Source: an uncultured Planctomycetota bacterium (GTDB lineage Bacteria; Planctomycetota; PLA2; JAEUHO01). From it: 64,000 nt of DNA. The position numbers were made by a program, and so were the translations under genes. This document shows, piece after piece, positions 46,407 through 58,658 of the stretch. Where the stretch lies: positions 416,001-480,000 of the forward strand of contig CAVVXN010000005.1 of NCBI GenBank assembly GCA_963752285.1. The letters run 5' to 3'. The notes under the pieces were generated by a model that was given only the letters and a program-made list of their open reading frames with translations, had not been told where the DNA came from and made no database searches. How positions within the stretch are numbered: position 1 is the stretch's first letter; every line of letters begins with the position of its first letter.

Positions 46407-47326
46407 GGTCGCTCGCCCCGGTCTACCGCACGCTCGCCGCCATGCACCGCGCGGGGATCCCGTGGCCGCGCGCGGTCCAGAGCGCGACGCTCGACGACGC
46501 GCGCTTCGTGACCGTGCGGCGGGACCTCGAGACCGGCCGGACGCTGTCGGAGGCGCTCGGGGGGATCGTAGACCCGCTCGACCGGGCGCTGATCGAGGCG
46601 GGCGAGAAGGACGGGTCGCTCGATACGACGCTCGACCGCCTCGCCGAGCGACACGAGGACGCGCGCCGGAGGGGCCGCGAGCTCCGCGCGCGACAGGCGT
46701 ACCCCGTGTACCTTGCGCACGTCGCGGCGGTCTTGATGGCGCTGCCCGACGTCATCCAGTCGCACACGCTCGCCGCGGTCGGCTGGGCCGCACTCGTGCT
46801 CGTTCCCGTCTGGACCTGGCTGCTGCTCCAGCGTCGGTTCCTCGGCGCCGAGCGGCGGCCCGCGACGTCGGGCGACCCGCCCGCACCGCCGCCGCTCGTC
46901 GGTCCCCTCCGGTCGCGGGTGGAGGAGGCCGACGCCCGGGCCCTCGAGGCGCTCGGGCGGCTGTACGAAGCGGGCGTCCCCCTCGCCGAGGCGACGCCTC
47001 TCGCGCTCCGGGCCGGGTGGGGCGGGCGCGCCGCGCTCGACCTGGCGACGCTTCGCGACCGGGTCCGGCGTGGCGACGACGTCGCGGGGGCCTTCCGGCA
47101 CCTCCCGCCGGATCTCGCGGGCCGGATCGCCGCCGCCGAGGAGTCGGGCTCGCTCGGCGAGGCGCTGGTCCAGATCGCGGGGGAGCTCGCCTTCGACGCG
47201 GAGGTGCGCCGCAAGAAGCTCCATCAGCTCCTGCCCCTCGTCCTGATGCTCCTCGTCGGAGGGATCATCGCGGCCCGGCTGTTCACCTTCTACGCGCAGT
47301 ACTACAGCCAGCTCTCGGGCCTCTGA
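46403..47326 (+). CDS. Type II secretion system F / PilC family protein
   Basis: Two repeats: L..M.RAGIP...GE..GSL...L.RLA...YP and AG.PL...AEESGSL...L..IA; GTGA overlap. Confidence 0.85.
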   Translation: MRSLAPVYRTLAAMHRAGIPWPRAVQSATLDDARFVTVRRDLETGRTLSEALGGIVDPLDRALIEAGEKDGSLDTTLDRLAERHEDARRRGRELRARQAYPVYLAHVAAVLMALPDVIQSHTLAAVGWAALVLVPVWTWLLLQRRFLGAERRPATSGDPPAPPPLVGPLRSRVEEADARALEALGRLYEAGVPLAEATPLALRAGWGGRAALDLATLRDRVRRGDDVAGAFRHLPPDLAGRIAAAEESGSLGEALVQIAGELAFDAEVRRKKLHQLLPLVLMLLVGGIIAARLFTFYAQYYSQLSGL

Positions 47327-47434
47327 CCGGCCCTCGTGCGGGGGGGGCCGGGACCCGGGTCCGGGTGCGCGTGGCGCGAGCCCGAGCGGTAGGATGGACG
47401 GCCGTCGCCCGCCCGATCTCCCTCGGAGCCCGTC

Positions 47435-48601
47435 ATGGAGCAGGAACAGATCATCCAGTGTCCGACCTGCGGGAAGAAGTACCGGTTGAAGGGAGCCCCG
47501 CCTCCGACCTTCACGTGCCGCGGCTGCCAGACCGTGATGGACCTCTCCGGGTTCCAGGCCGCGGCGGCGCCCGCGCCCGGCCCCGTCGAGACCGCGCGAC
47601 GCGGCGCCTCGCCGCCGCGTGGGGGCGGCGGGGGCGCGCCGAGCTCGCGTCACCGGCCCGGTCATCGCGCGGGCGCGTCGTCCCGGCGTAGCCGTCGAGG
47701 CGAGCCCGCGGCGGACGCGGGCGAGGACGAGGGTCGGCCCCGGTACTCCGGTCGCGAGAAGAAGCCGAACACGGCGCTCCTGATCGGTTCGGTCGCGGGC
47801 GTCGTCGTCGCGGGCCTCGCGCTGTTCCTCTTCATGACCGGCGGGGACAAGCCGGACGCGAAGAAGGATGCAGCGAAGAACGTGGCGCCGGTGAGCGCCA
47901 CGCCTCCGGAGACGACGAACACAGGGCCCGAGACGCCGACCACGGGGCCGGCTACGACGGACGCCACGGAGTCGCCGGACAAGCCGAACGATCCGCCGAA
48001 GGAGAAGCCGAAGCCGAAGGACGTCGAGGAGGCGCGGCCCGAGCTCTCGGAAGGCGACTACGCGAGCATCCCGATCCCCGAGGGGAAGACGAAGTACGGG
48101 TGGAACGCGGCGCGCATCCAGACGTACCCCTGGCCCTCGTACGTGACCGGCGAGGAGAAGAACCAGATCGACCAGTGGGTCCACACGCTCGTCTGGGGGA
48201 GCGGCCGGGACGCGGACGAGGCGGGGGACGCGCTCGTGAAGCTCGACGCGTTCCCGAAGAAGGGCGAGGAGTTCAAGGCCGTGGGACGGTTGATCACGGA
48301 GTTCAAGAACGTGCTCGGCCAGGGCAGCGCCAGCGACCCGATGACCCTGGCGCGTCTCCGGGTGATCGACCGCACGCTCCGCCGGATCGACGGCGCGATG
48401 GAGCGTGAGTTCAAGGACATCGACGGCATCAACATCAACTCCTCCGACCGTGACGCCGAACGTCTGATCAAGCGCTGGAACTGGTGGTACGACCTCGAGA
48501 AGTGGCGCCTTCGCCGGCAGCCCTACGATCCGCGAGAGGACATGACGGACTCTCCCGACAGCGGCGGCGACGACGGGGGCCTCGCGCCGCTCGACCATTG
48601 A
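47435..48601 (+). CDS. Zinc-ribbon single-pass membrane protein
   Basis: N-terminal CPTC...CRGC, low-complexity linker, TM helix, Pro/Thr/Lys linker and a helical C-domain ending W..WW. Confidence 0.8.
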   Translation: MEQEQIIQCPTCGKKYRLKGAPPPTFTCRGCQTVMDLSGFQAAAAPAPGPVETARRGASPPRGGGGGAPSSRHRPGHRAGASSRRSRRGEPAADAGEDEGRPRYSGREKKPNTALLIGSVAGVVVAGLALFLFMTGGDKPDAKKDAAKNVAPVSATPPETTNTGPETPTTGPATTDATESPDKPNDPPKEKPKPKDVEEARPELSEGDYASIPIPEGKTKYGWNAARIQTYPWPSYVTGEEKNQIDQWVHTLVWGSGRDADEAGDALVKLDAFPKKGEEFKAVGRLITEFKNVLGQGSASDPMTLARLRVIDRTLRRIDGAMEREFKDIDGININSSDRDAERLIKRWNWWYDLEKWRLRRQPYDPREDMTDSPDSGGDDGGLAPLDH

Positions 48602-50682
48602 CCCCGACGGAGCCGGGCACGCCGGGGCCGAAGCTCGAGTCGGCGCCGTTTCGGCTGACGACGGCGTTCCGCCTGTCGGACGACCAGTCGCACGCGGTGG
48701 ACGCGCTCGTGCGCGGACTCGCCGCGGAGAAACGGCACCAGGTGCTCCTCGGCGTCACCGGCTCGGGCAAGACGTTCACGATGGCGAACGTGATGGCGCG
48801 CGTCGCCCGCCCCACGCTGGTGCTCGCGCCCAACAAGACGCTCGCCGCGCAGCTCTTCGACGAGTTCCGCGAGCTCTTCCCCGAGAACGCCGTCGAGTAC
48901 TTCGTCTCCTTCTACGACTACTACCAGCCGGAGGCGTACCTCCCCTCGTCCGACCTCTACATCGAGAAGGACGCGAGCATCAACGACCGCATCGACCGGA
49001 TGCGGCACTCCGCGACGCGCGCGGCGCTGACGAGACGGGACGTCGTGGTGGTGGCGAGCGTCTCGTGCATCTACGGCCTCGGCTCCCCCGAGGAGTACCG
49101 TGACTTCCACGTCGAGCTCGAGGAAGGACAGTCGATCGACCGCGACCTCGTGCTCCGGCGCCTCGCGCGGATCCAGTACCACCGCGACGACTTCCAGCTC
49201 GGGCGGGGCGCGTTCCGGGTCCGGGGCGACGTGGTCGAGATCGGGCCGGCCGACCAGGACGACCGGGTCGTGCGCGTCGAGTGGTTCGGCGACGAGATCG
49301 AGCGCATCGAGGAGGTGGACACCCTGACCGGCGAGATCCTCGGGCGTCGTGCGAAGGCCGCCTTCTTCCCGTCCACGCACTACGTGCAGAGCGACGAGGC
49401 CCTCTCCCGCGCCATCGACGGCATCGAGGCCGAGCTCGACGAGCGCGTCGCCGCGTTCAAGGCGAAGGGCCGTCTCCTCGAGGCGGACCGGATCCTGAGA
49501 CGCACCCGGTACGACCTGGAGCTGCTCCGCGAGACGGGCTTCTGCCCCGGCATCGAGAACTACTCGCGCCACCTCGACGGCCGGCGGCCCGGGGAGCCGC
49601 CCGCGACGCTGCTCGACTACTTCCCCGAGGACTTCCTGCTCTTCGTGGACGAGAGCCACGTCGCGATCCCGCAGGTGGGGGGCATGTACTTCGGGGACCG
49701 GCGCCGGAAGGAGAACCTCGTCGAGTACGGCTTCCGGCTGCCCTGCGCCCTGGACAACCGGCCTCTGACCTTCGAGGAGTTCGAGGCGCGGGTGGGTCCG
49801 TCCGTCTACGTGTCGGCGACGCCGGGCGCGTTCGAGCGGGAGGCGGCCGGCGACGCGGTCGTCGAGCAGGTCATCCGCCCCACGGGCCTGGTCGATCCCG
49901 AGGTCGTCCTCCGACCGGCGCGGGGGCAGGTCGAGGACGTGCTCGGCGAGATCCGGGCGCGCGTCGCCGTGGGCGAACGGGTCCTCGTGGCGACCCTGAC
50001 GAAGCGGATGGCCGAGGAGCTGACCGAGCACCTCGGCGAGGTGGGCGTGCGGGCCCGGTACATGCACTCCGACATCACCACCCTCGAGCGCGCCGAGATC
50101 CTCCGGGACCTCCGGCTCGGAGTGTTCGACGTGCTGGTCGGCATCAACCTCCTCCGCGAGGGGCTCGACCTCCCGGAGGTCTCGCTGGTGGCGGTGCTCG
50201 ACGCCGACAAGGAGGGGTTCCTGCGTTCCGAGACCTCGCTGATCCAGGTGTCCGGCCGCGCGGCGCGAAACCTCAGGGGCACGGTGATCCTGTACGCCGA
50301 CCGCGAGACGGAGGCGATCCGTCGGGCGACCTCCGAGATGTCCCGCCGGCGCGAGATCCAGAGGCGGTTCAACGAGGAGCACGGGATCGAGCCGAGGACC
50401 GTGGTCCGCGCGGTCCGGGACACGGTGGGCCAGGTCTACGCCGACCGCGACTACGTGGACGTGAGCGCGCTCGCCGCCGAGCGCGAGGCGCTGCCGAAGA
50501 GCCGTCGCGGCCTCCTCGATCGGCGGACGCAGCTCGAGAAGGAGATGCGCGAGGCGGCGCAGGCGCTCCGCTTCGAGGACGCGGCGCGCCTCCGCGACGA
50601 GATGCGCCGCGTGGAGGCCCTCCTGCTCCGCGGCGCCGAGGCGGTCGAGGAGGAGGCGCCCGCAGAAGAACCCGCCCCGTAG
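48598..50682 (+). CDS. uvrB: Excinuclease ABC subunit B
   Basis: LLGVTGSGKTFTMA, NKTLAAQL, FVSFYDYYQPEAY, DESH, GINLLREGLDLPEV, GRAARN and a C-terminal UVR coil; TTG start overlaps the upstream stop. Confidence 0.97.
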   Translation: MTPTEPGTPGPKLESAPFRLTTAFRLSDDQSHAVDALVRGLAAEKRHQVLLGVTGSGKTFTMANVMARVARPTLVLAPNKTLAAQLFDEFRELFPENAVEYFVSFYDYYQPEAYLPSSDLYIEKDASINDRIDRMRHSATRAALTRRDVVVVASVSCIYGLGSPEEYRDFHVELEEGQSIDRDLVLRRLARIQYHRDDFQLGRGAFRVRGDVVEIGPADQDDRVVRVEWFGDEIERIEEVDTLTGEILGRRAKAAFFPSTHYVQSDEALSRAIDGIEAELDERVAAFKAKGRLLEADRILRRTRYDLELLRETGFCPGIENYSRHLDGRRPGEPPATLLDYFPEDFLLFVDESHVAIPQVGGMYFGDRRRKENLVEYGFRLPCALDNRPLTFEEFEARVGPSVYVSATPGAFEREAAGDAVVEQVIRPTGLVDPEVVLRPARGQVEDVLGEIRARVAVGERVLVATLTKRMAEELTEHLGEVGVRARYMHSDITTLERAEILRDLRLGVFDVLVGINLLREGLDLPEVSLVAVLDADKEGFLRSETSLIQVSGRAARNLRGTVILYADRETEAIRRATSEMSRRREIQRRFNEEHGIEPRTVVRAVRDTVGQVYADRDYVDVSALAAEREALPKSRRGLLDRRTQLEKEMREAAQALRFEDAARLRDEMRRVEALLLRGAEAVEEEAPAEEPAP

Positions 50683-50742
50683 TCGGAGCGCGGTCCGGCT
50701 CGATTGCGGAGCGCTGGCCCTCGGGTAGGTTCATCCGCCGAC

Positions 50743-52119
50743 GTGGTCTTCAGCACGCCCTTCTTCGTGACCGTGTTCCTGCCGCTCGCACTCGGCGGGT
50801 ACTACCTCGTGGCCCGCTGGCCGCGGGTCCGACGCCTCGTGCTCGCGGGCGCGTCGGTCGTCTTCTACGGCTGGTGGGACCCGCGACTCGTCCCCCTGCT
50901 CGTGGGATCCGTCACCGTGACGTGGCTGGTGGCCCGCGCGTTCGCCCGATCGAAGCGGAGGGCTTGGTTGGCGCTCGGCGTGGCGGCGGGCCTCGGGACG
51001 CTCGCGTTCTTCAAGTACGCGGACTTCCTCGCCTCGAGCGTGCTCGCGCTCCTCGGGCGCGGTCCCTCGCACCTCGACATCGTGCTGCCCCTCGGCATCT
51101 CGTTCTTCACGTTCCAGCAGATCTCCTACCTCGTGGACCTCCGGCGCGGGCAGGCGCCGATCTACGGGTATCTCGACTGGTTCCTCTACGTGACGTACTT
51201 CCCCCAGCTCATCGCGGGGCCGATCGTCCGCCACGACGAGATCATCGACCAGTTCCGGCTCGACCCGCGCCGCGACGAAATGTGGGAGAACCTGGGCCGC
51301 GGCGCGGTCCTGTTCCTGCTCGGCCTCGCGAAGAAGGTGCTGCTGGCGGACCGACTCGCGCGGCTCGTGGACCCCCTCTACGCGGAGGCGCTCGGGGGCG
51401 GGTCGCTCGGGTTCGTGGGGGGCTGGGCGGCCGCGGGCGGCTTCCTCCTCCAGGTGTACTTCGACTTCTCCGGCTACTCCGACATGGCCGTCGGCATGGG
51501 CCGGATGTGCGGCTTCGACATCCCCCTGAACTTCGACGCGCCGCTCCGAGCCGCGTCGCTCACCGACTTCTGGCGTCGCTGGCACATGACGCTCTCCCGG
51601 TTCTTCCGCGACTACCTGTACATCCCGCTCGGAGGCAACCGGAAGGGGCGCCCGCGCCAGGCTGCGAACATCGTGGTGACCATGGTGCTCTGCGGGCTCT
51701 GGCACGGTGCGGGGTGGACGTACGTCGCGTGGGGGGGCACGCAGGGCGTCGGTCTCGCCCTGAACGTCGCGTGGCGGAAGGGGGGACGCTCGCTCGGCCC
51801 TGCGCTCGGCTGGGCGACGACCCTCGGCTACTTCGTGGCGACGATCGTCGTGTTCCGGGCCAGCACGTTCGTCGCGGCGGGGCGCATCCTCGCGTCGATG
51901 GCGGGGGTGTCGGGGCTCGGGGGGATCGACCCGGGGCTCGGGCGCTGGCTCGTCCTCGGCTGGATCCTCGCGCTCCTCGGCCCGACGAGCCAGGAGATCG
52001 CGCTCCAGCGCCTCGCGCCACGGCGCCTGGTGGCTGCCGCCGCGGGCGCGGCGGTCGCGTACCTCGTTCTGCTCCTCGGAGAGGGGTTCCACCCTGAGTT
52101 CATCTACTTCCAGTTCTGA
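50743..52119 (+). CDS. MBOAT family O-acyltransferase (AlgI/DltB-like)
   Basis: LPLGISFFTFQ, FPQLIAGPI, YFDFSGYSDMA, FWRRWHMTLS, GLWHGA and terminal FIYFQF. Confidence 0.95.
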   Translation: MVFSTPFFVTVFLPLALGGYYLVARWPRVRRLVLAGASVVFYGWWDPRLVPLLVGSVTVTWLVARAFARSKRRAWLALGVAAGLGTLAFFKYADFLASSVLALLGRGPSHLDIVLPLGISFFTFQQISYLVDLRRGQAPIYGYLDWFLYVTYFPQLIAGPIVRHDEIIDQFRLDPRRDEMWENLGRGAVLFLLGLAKKVLLADRLARLVDPLYAEALGGGSLGFVGGWAAAGGFLLQVYFDFSGYSDMAVGMGRMCGFDIPLNFDAPLRAASLTDFWRRWHMTLSRFFRDYLYIPLGGNRKGRPRQAANIVVTMVLCGLWHGAGWTYVAWGGTQGVGLALNVAWRKGGRSLGPALGWATTLGYFVATIVVFRASTFVAAGRILASMAGVSGLGGIDPGLGRWLVLGWILALLGPTSQEIALQRLAPRRLVAAAAGAAVAYLVLLLGEGFHPEFIYFQF

Positions 52120-53176
52120 TCCCGCGACCCGCGCGGCCTGGCGGCGGTTCTTCCTCGCGCTCGTCGCCACGGCGCTCGGGCTGTGGACCCTCACGTGCCT
52201 GTTCATCGTCGTGATGGACCCGTTCGACGACCTGCCGTTCTCGCCGCGCTTCCAGCGGGCGCCGATCGAGGAGAACCAGCGCTACTCGTTCCCCGGCCTC
52301 GCGCGGAGCCCGCGGTTCGACAGCGCGGTCGTCGGCACGTCCACGTCCCGCCTCCTCCGGCCGGAGCAGCTCGACCGGCTCTTCGGCGCGCGCTTCGTGA
52401 ACCTCGCCATGAACAGCTCCGTCGCGTGGGAGCAGTACCGGATCCTCGGTGTGTTCCTCGACCACCACCCGGCGCCTCGCGTGGTCGTGATGGGGCTCGA
52501 CGACGACCGATGGCTCGCGCCCGGCACGACGCTCCCGCACTCGGTGCCCGAGTACCCCTTCCCGGAGTGGCTCTTCGACGACGATCCCTGGAACGACCTG
52601 CCCCACATGTTCGACACGTGGACGCTCGAGCGGGCGCGGCGGCAGCTGGTCGTCCTCCTGGGGATGCGGCGCCCGACGTACGGCTACGACGGCTACCGCT
52701 CGTTCCTGCCCGACTTCGGGACGTACGACCTCGAGAAGGCGGAGCGCCTCCTCCACGCGACTCCACAGCGGGGGGGAGAGCCGCGCGATCCGCCGATCGA
52801 CCTCTCGGAGGCGGAACGGCGGCGCCTCGTCTATCCTGCCGACGCCCTCCTCGAAAGGATCCTCGCCCGGCTCCCGACCCCGACCGAGCTCGTGCTCTTC
52901 TTCCCGCCCTACCACCATCTGCACCTCCCCGCGGAGGGTTCGCACGCGGCGGCCGTGCTCGAGGAGGGCAAACGCCGCGTCGCCGACCTCGCCCGGGGGC
53001 GACCGCGGACTCGCGTCGTGGACTTCATGATCTCCAGCCCGATCACCGAGCGGGACCAGAACTTCTGGGACCCGGTCCATCCGACCGAGGAGGTCGCGGC
53101 GCGCGTGGACCAGTCGCTCCGGGCGTCACGGGACGCCGCCGTCGGCGACGACGGCTACGTGCGGCGGGTGCCCTGA
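52094..53176 (+). CDS. MBOAT-associated periplasmic SGNH/DltD-like protein (start uncertain: CTG 52094 or GTG 52211)
   Basis: TM helix then DP; GTSTS (block I-like), NLAMN and terminal WDPVH (DxxH). Confidence 0.7.
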   Translation: MSSSTSSSDPATRAAWRRFFLALVATALGLWTLTCLFIVVMDPFDDLPFSPRFQRAPIEENQRYSFPGLARSPRFDSAVVGTSTSRLLRPEQLDRLFGARFVNLAMNSSVAWEQYRILGVFLDHHPAPRVVVMGLDDDRWLAPGTTLPHSVPEYPFPEWLFDDDPWNDLPHMFDTWTLERARRQLVVLLGMRRPTYGYDGYRSFLPDFGTYDLEKAERLLHATPQRGGEPRDPPIDLSEAERRRLVYPADALLERILARLPTPTELVLFFPPYHHLHLPAEGSHAAAVLEEGKRRVADLARGRPRTRVVDFMISSPITERDQNFWDPVHPTEEVAARVDQSLRASRDAAVGDDGYVRRVP

Positions 53177-53187
53177 GGGGCGCGACG

Positions 53188-53898
53188 ATGCGATTCGTCG
53201 TCCAGATCGTGGCCCGCGCGCTCCTCCTGCTGCTCGCGCCGTTCTGCCGCACCCGGGGGACGCAGCGCGCCCTCGCTCGTCTCCAGACGGAGATCCGGTC
53301 CCAGCGCCGGGACCGGGGCGGGCGCCGCGCCGCCCGCCGCTACCGGGGCCGGAGGGGGCTTCTCCTGAACCTCGGGAGCGGGCAGCGGGGCCGGGAGGGG
53401 TGGGTGAACGTGGACCTCTCGCCGAAGGACGCCGACTGCCGGGTGGATCTCCGCGAGCGTCTGCCCTTCGACGACGCCTCGGCCCGGACGGTCTACACCG
53501 AGCACTTCCTCGAGCACCTCGACTACCCCCACGACGCGGAGCGCTTCCTCGCGGAGTGCCGCCGCGTCCTCGCGCCGGGCGGCACGATCCACGTCGGCGT
53601 CCCGGACACCGAGTGGCCGCTCCGCGCGTACGCCGGCGCCGACGACTCGTACTTCGAGTTCGTCGGAAGCGGCCTGCACCCCGCGTTCTGCCGGACGCGG
53701 CTCGACCACGTGAACTGGCACTTCCGCCAGGGCGGGGAGCACCGCCACGCGTTCGACACGGAGTCGCTGCTCGCCCTACTGGGGCGCGCCGGGTTCGTGG
53801 ACGTAGCCGCGCGCGGGTTCGACCCCGAGCTCGACAGCGAGAGCCGGCGGCGGGGCACGATCTACGCCGTCGCGACGCGCCCGGCCGAGCCCTCGTGA
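53188..53898 (+). CDS. Class I SAM-dependent methyltransferase
   Basis: LNLGSG...GWVNVD, LPFDD, EHFLEH and RVLAPGG...VPD. Confidence 0.88.
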   Translation: MRFVVQIVARALLLLLAPFCRTRGTQRALARLQTEIRSQRRDRGGRRAARRYRGRRGLLLNLGSGQRGREGWVNVDLSPKDADCRVDLRERLPFDDASARTVYTEHFLEHLDYPHDAERFLAECRRVLAPGGTIHVGVPDTEWPLRAYAGADDSYFEFVGSGLHPAFCRTRLDHVNWHFRQGGEHRHAFDTESLLALLGRAGFVDVAARGFDPELDSESRRRGTIYAVATRPAEPS

Positions 53899-53927
53899 CG
53901 GGACGCCCGTCGGGCGCCGCCGGGCGC

Positions 53928-54673
53928 TCAGGCGCGGCCCGCGAAGAGCGACTTCCGAACGTCCCGGTGGAGCTCCTGGATGAACGTGACCGGGATCTCC
54001 TTCGGACAGGCGGCCTCGCAGTCGTACGTGTTGGAGCAGGCTCCGAAGCCCTCCGCGTCCATGGCCGCCACCATGGACCGCGCCCGGTGGCGCCGCTCCG
54101 GCTGGCCCTGCGGCAGGTGGTGCATGTGCGCGACCTTCGCGGCCACGAAGAGCATCGCGGAGGCGTTCTTGCAGGCCGCGACGCAGGCGCCGCAGCCGAT
54201 GCACGCGGCGGCGTCCATCGCCGTCTCGGCCTCGTCCTTCGGCACGGGGATCAGGTTCGCGTCGGGCGCCCCTCCGGTGCGGACCGAGACGAAGCCGCCG
54301 GCCTGGATGATCCGGTCGAACGCCGACCGGTTGGTGGCGAGGTCCTTGATGACCGGGAACGCGCCCGCGCGCCACGGCTCGACGGTGACGGTGTCGCCGT
54401 CCCGGAACTTGCGCATGTGGAGCTGGCACACGGTCGTGCCGCGGTCGGGCCCGTGCGGGCGGCCGTTCACCATGAGCGAGCACATGCCGCAGATGCCCTC
54501 TCGGCAGTCGTGGTCGAAGGCGACGGGGTCCTTGCCCTCGACGAGCAGGCGCTCGTTCAGGACGTCCAGCATCTCGAGGAAGGACATGTCCGAGGAGATG
54601 TCCTGGACGGAGTAGACCTCGAACCGCCCCTCGGCGGTCGCGTCCTTCTGCCGCCAGATCCTGAGTGTGAACT

Positions 54674-54677
<4 letters not shown>
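53928..54677 (-). CDS. sdhB: Succinate dehydrogenase/fumarate reductase iron-sulfur subunit
   Basis: [21 protein letters not shown] and C.....CE.ACPK. Confidence 0.95.
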
Positions 54678-56593
<1,916 letters not shown>

Positions 56594-56601
56594 GCCCTCC
56601 G

Positions 56602-57285
56602 TCACGGGTTCCCGACGACGTGGAGCAGGATCAACACGGGCATCGCGACGTTTCCGACCACGATGACGGCGGCGAGCCCGCGCCCCAGGGCGCGGGTGAA
56701 GCCCTGGTACTTCGGCGCGTTCCATCCCATGCTCTGGAAGACGCTCGAGATGCCGTGCTTCAGATGGAAGAAGAGCAGGATCATCGCGATCGCGTACGTC
56801 GCGGCGACCGCCGGCTGCTGGAAGCCGCGGACCACCATGCCGTACACGTCGTGGCGCCCGAGCGGGTCGTGGAGGGCGTACGCGGACGGGTCGGTCACCC
56901 CGAGGGTGAAGTGGAGCAGGTGGTACACGATGAAGGCGAAGACCACGAGCCCGGTCCAGATCATCGTCCGCGAGGCGAGCGTGGACTTGAGCGGGTGCTT
57001 CTCGACGTACGCGACGGGCCGTGCGCCCCAGTTCCGGAGCTGCAGACGGAGCACCGCCCAGACGTGGAGCACGAAGGCGACCAGCAATCCGCCGCGGAGC
57101 ACCCACAGGAGCGCGCCGAGGTGCTGGAGCTTCTCCGCGTACGAGTTCAGGGCATCGGGCCCGAGGAACACCTGCAGGTTGCCGAGCAGGTGGACGATCA
57201 CGAACAGGAGGAGCAGGAGCCCCGTGATCGCAGCGACGAACTTCGTCCCCACGGTCGAGCCGAGACCGCGCACCAGCCAACCCAT
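56602..57285 (-). CDS. sdhC: Succinate dehydrogenase cytochrome b558 subunit
   Basis: Five TM helices with conserved His residues (HLLGN, LH, YHLLHF, HL.HG); upstream of sdhAB. Confidence 0.92.
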   Translation of the reverse strand: MGWLVRGLGSTVGTKFVAAITGLLLLLFVIVHLLGNLQVFLGPDALNSYAEKLQHLGALLWVLRGGLLVAFVLHVWAVLRLQLRNWGARPVAYVEKHPLKSTLASRTMIWTGLVVFAFIVYHLLHFTLGVTDPSAYALHDPLGRHDVYGMVVRGFQQPAVAATYAIAMILLFFHLKHGISSVFQSMGWNAPKYQGFTRALGRGLAAVIVVGNVAMPVLILLHVVGNP

Positions 57286-57336
57286 GGGCTTCTCCTAGCC
57301 GCCCGACCGGCTCGCGTGCTCGCGCGAGAGATCGGG

Positions 57337-58524
57337 CTAATCGACGCGCAGGACGAGCGCCGCAGCGGTGTCGCCGGCGGCGCATCCCGCGAAGAGGACG
57401 TGGCCGCCGCCGAGGAGGCGGGCCTCCGCGATGCCCTCGGCCACCAGCCGGGCGCCCGTGGGGCCCTGCGGGTGGCCGTAGATCAGCGAGCAGCCGTTGT
57501 TGTTGAACGACTCGGCCTCGATGCCCATCTCGCGGGCGAAGTACAGGTCGTTCACGGCGAACGGGTTGTGCGTCTTGATGACCTTGACGTCGCCGATCCC
57601 GATGCCGGCCGACGCGAGAGCGCGCTGCGCCGCCGGGACGACGGCCTTGGCCATGTAGCCCTTCTCGACGCGCGCCGTCCCCATCGAGAGCAGCCGCACG
57701 GGGGTATCGCCGTGGCTCCAGGCGCGGGCCTTCTCCTCCGTCGCGACGAGGAGGCCGGCGAAGCCGTCTGCCGGGTACGTCTGCGTGCCGAACGTGATCG
57801 TCCCGTCGGGAAGGACCGGCTTCAGGCGCTCGAGACCCTCCTTCGTGGTGGGGAACACGCCCTCGTCGGACGTCACGCTGGCGACCACCTTCTTGCCCCG
57901 CAGCACCTCGACGGGCGCGATCATGAACTCGTTCGGGAAGCCCGACGCGAGGCCCTCCTGATACTGCCGGTGGCGGTGCACGGTGAGCGCGTCCTGCGCC
58001 TCGCGGCCGATGCCGGCCTCGCGCGCGACGTTCTCGGCCGTCTGGATCATCGAGTTCCGGGCCCAGGGGTCGAACGAGAAGTTGTCCCAGACCCAGTCCT
58101 CGGCGTCCGCCTTCCCGCCCGGGGCGGAGGGGTCGGGGTACACGAGGTGGGGACCGTTGCTGCACTTGTCGGCGAGGACCACGAGCGTCGCGCCCGCGCC
58201 CCCCGCGTCGGTGGCCGCCGCGGCGTGGGCGATCGCCGCCGCCGAGGTGGCGCAGGCCTGGCTGATCATGGCGCCCGTCGCGCCCGGCGCGCCGACGAGC
58301 CCGGCCAGCCACGGCGCCCCGTAGAAGACGTGCTTCGAGGGGACCGTCCAGCCGAACACGACCGACTCGAGCTCCGCGGCCGCGATGCCCCGGTCCTGGA
58401 GCGCCTTCTTCGTGACCTCGCTCGCGAGGTGGATGGGGTGAGCCGACGCCAGCGACCCCTGCCACTTGCAGAACGGGGTGGACCACGCGCCCCGCGCGGG
58501 CACGAACGCCTTCTCGAATCGCAT
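57337..58524 (-). CDS. Thiolase family protein (HNPF variant)
   Basis: TPF, QACATS (catalytic Cys), HNPF, GHP.GPTGAR and GCAAG; ATG 58524 with GGAGG RBS. Confidence 0.9.
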   Translation of the reverse strand: MRFEKAFVPARGAWSTPFCKWQGSLASAHPIHLASEVTKKALQDRGIAAAELESVVFGWTVPSKHVFYGAPWLAGLVGAPGATGAMISQACATSAAAIAHAAAATDAGGAGATLVVLADKCSNGPHLVYPDPSAPGGKADAEDWVWDNFSFDPWARNSMIQTAENVAREAGIGREAQDALTVHRHRQYQEGLASGFPNEFMIAPVEVLRGKKVVASVTSDEGVFPTTKEGLERLKPVLPDGTITFGTQTYPADGFAGLLVATEEKARAWSHGDTPVRLLSMGTARVEKGYMAKAVVPAAQRALASAGIGIGDVKVIKTHNPFAVNDLYFAREMGIEAESFNNNGCSLIYGHPQGPTGARLVAEGIAEARLLGGGHVLFAGCAAGDTAAALVLRVD

Positions 58525-58658
58525 CGTGGACCTCCGGAACCGAGGAGGCCGGATTCTAGCCCTCCACGGTGGTACCGCCCCGTCGTGCGCCGGAGCCGCC
58601 GGGCGGGTCCCACGGAGCGTCGGGCGACGGTCGCGCCGCGCGTGGCGCGGCGCGGGGC

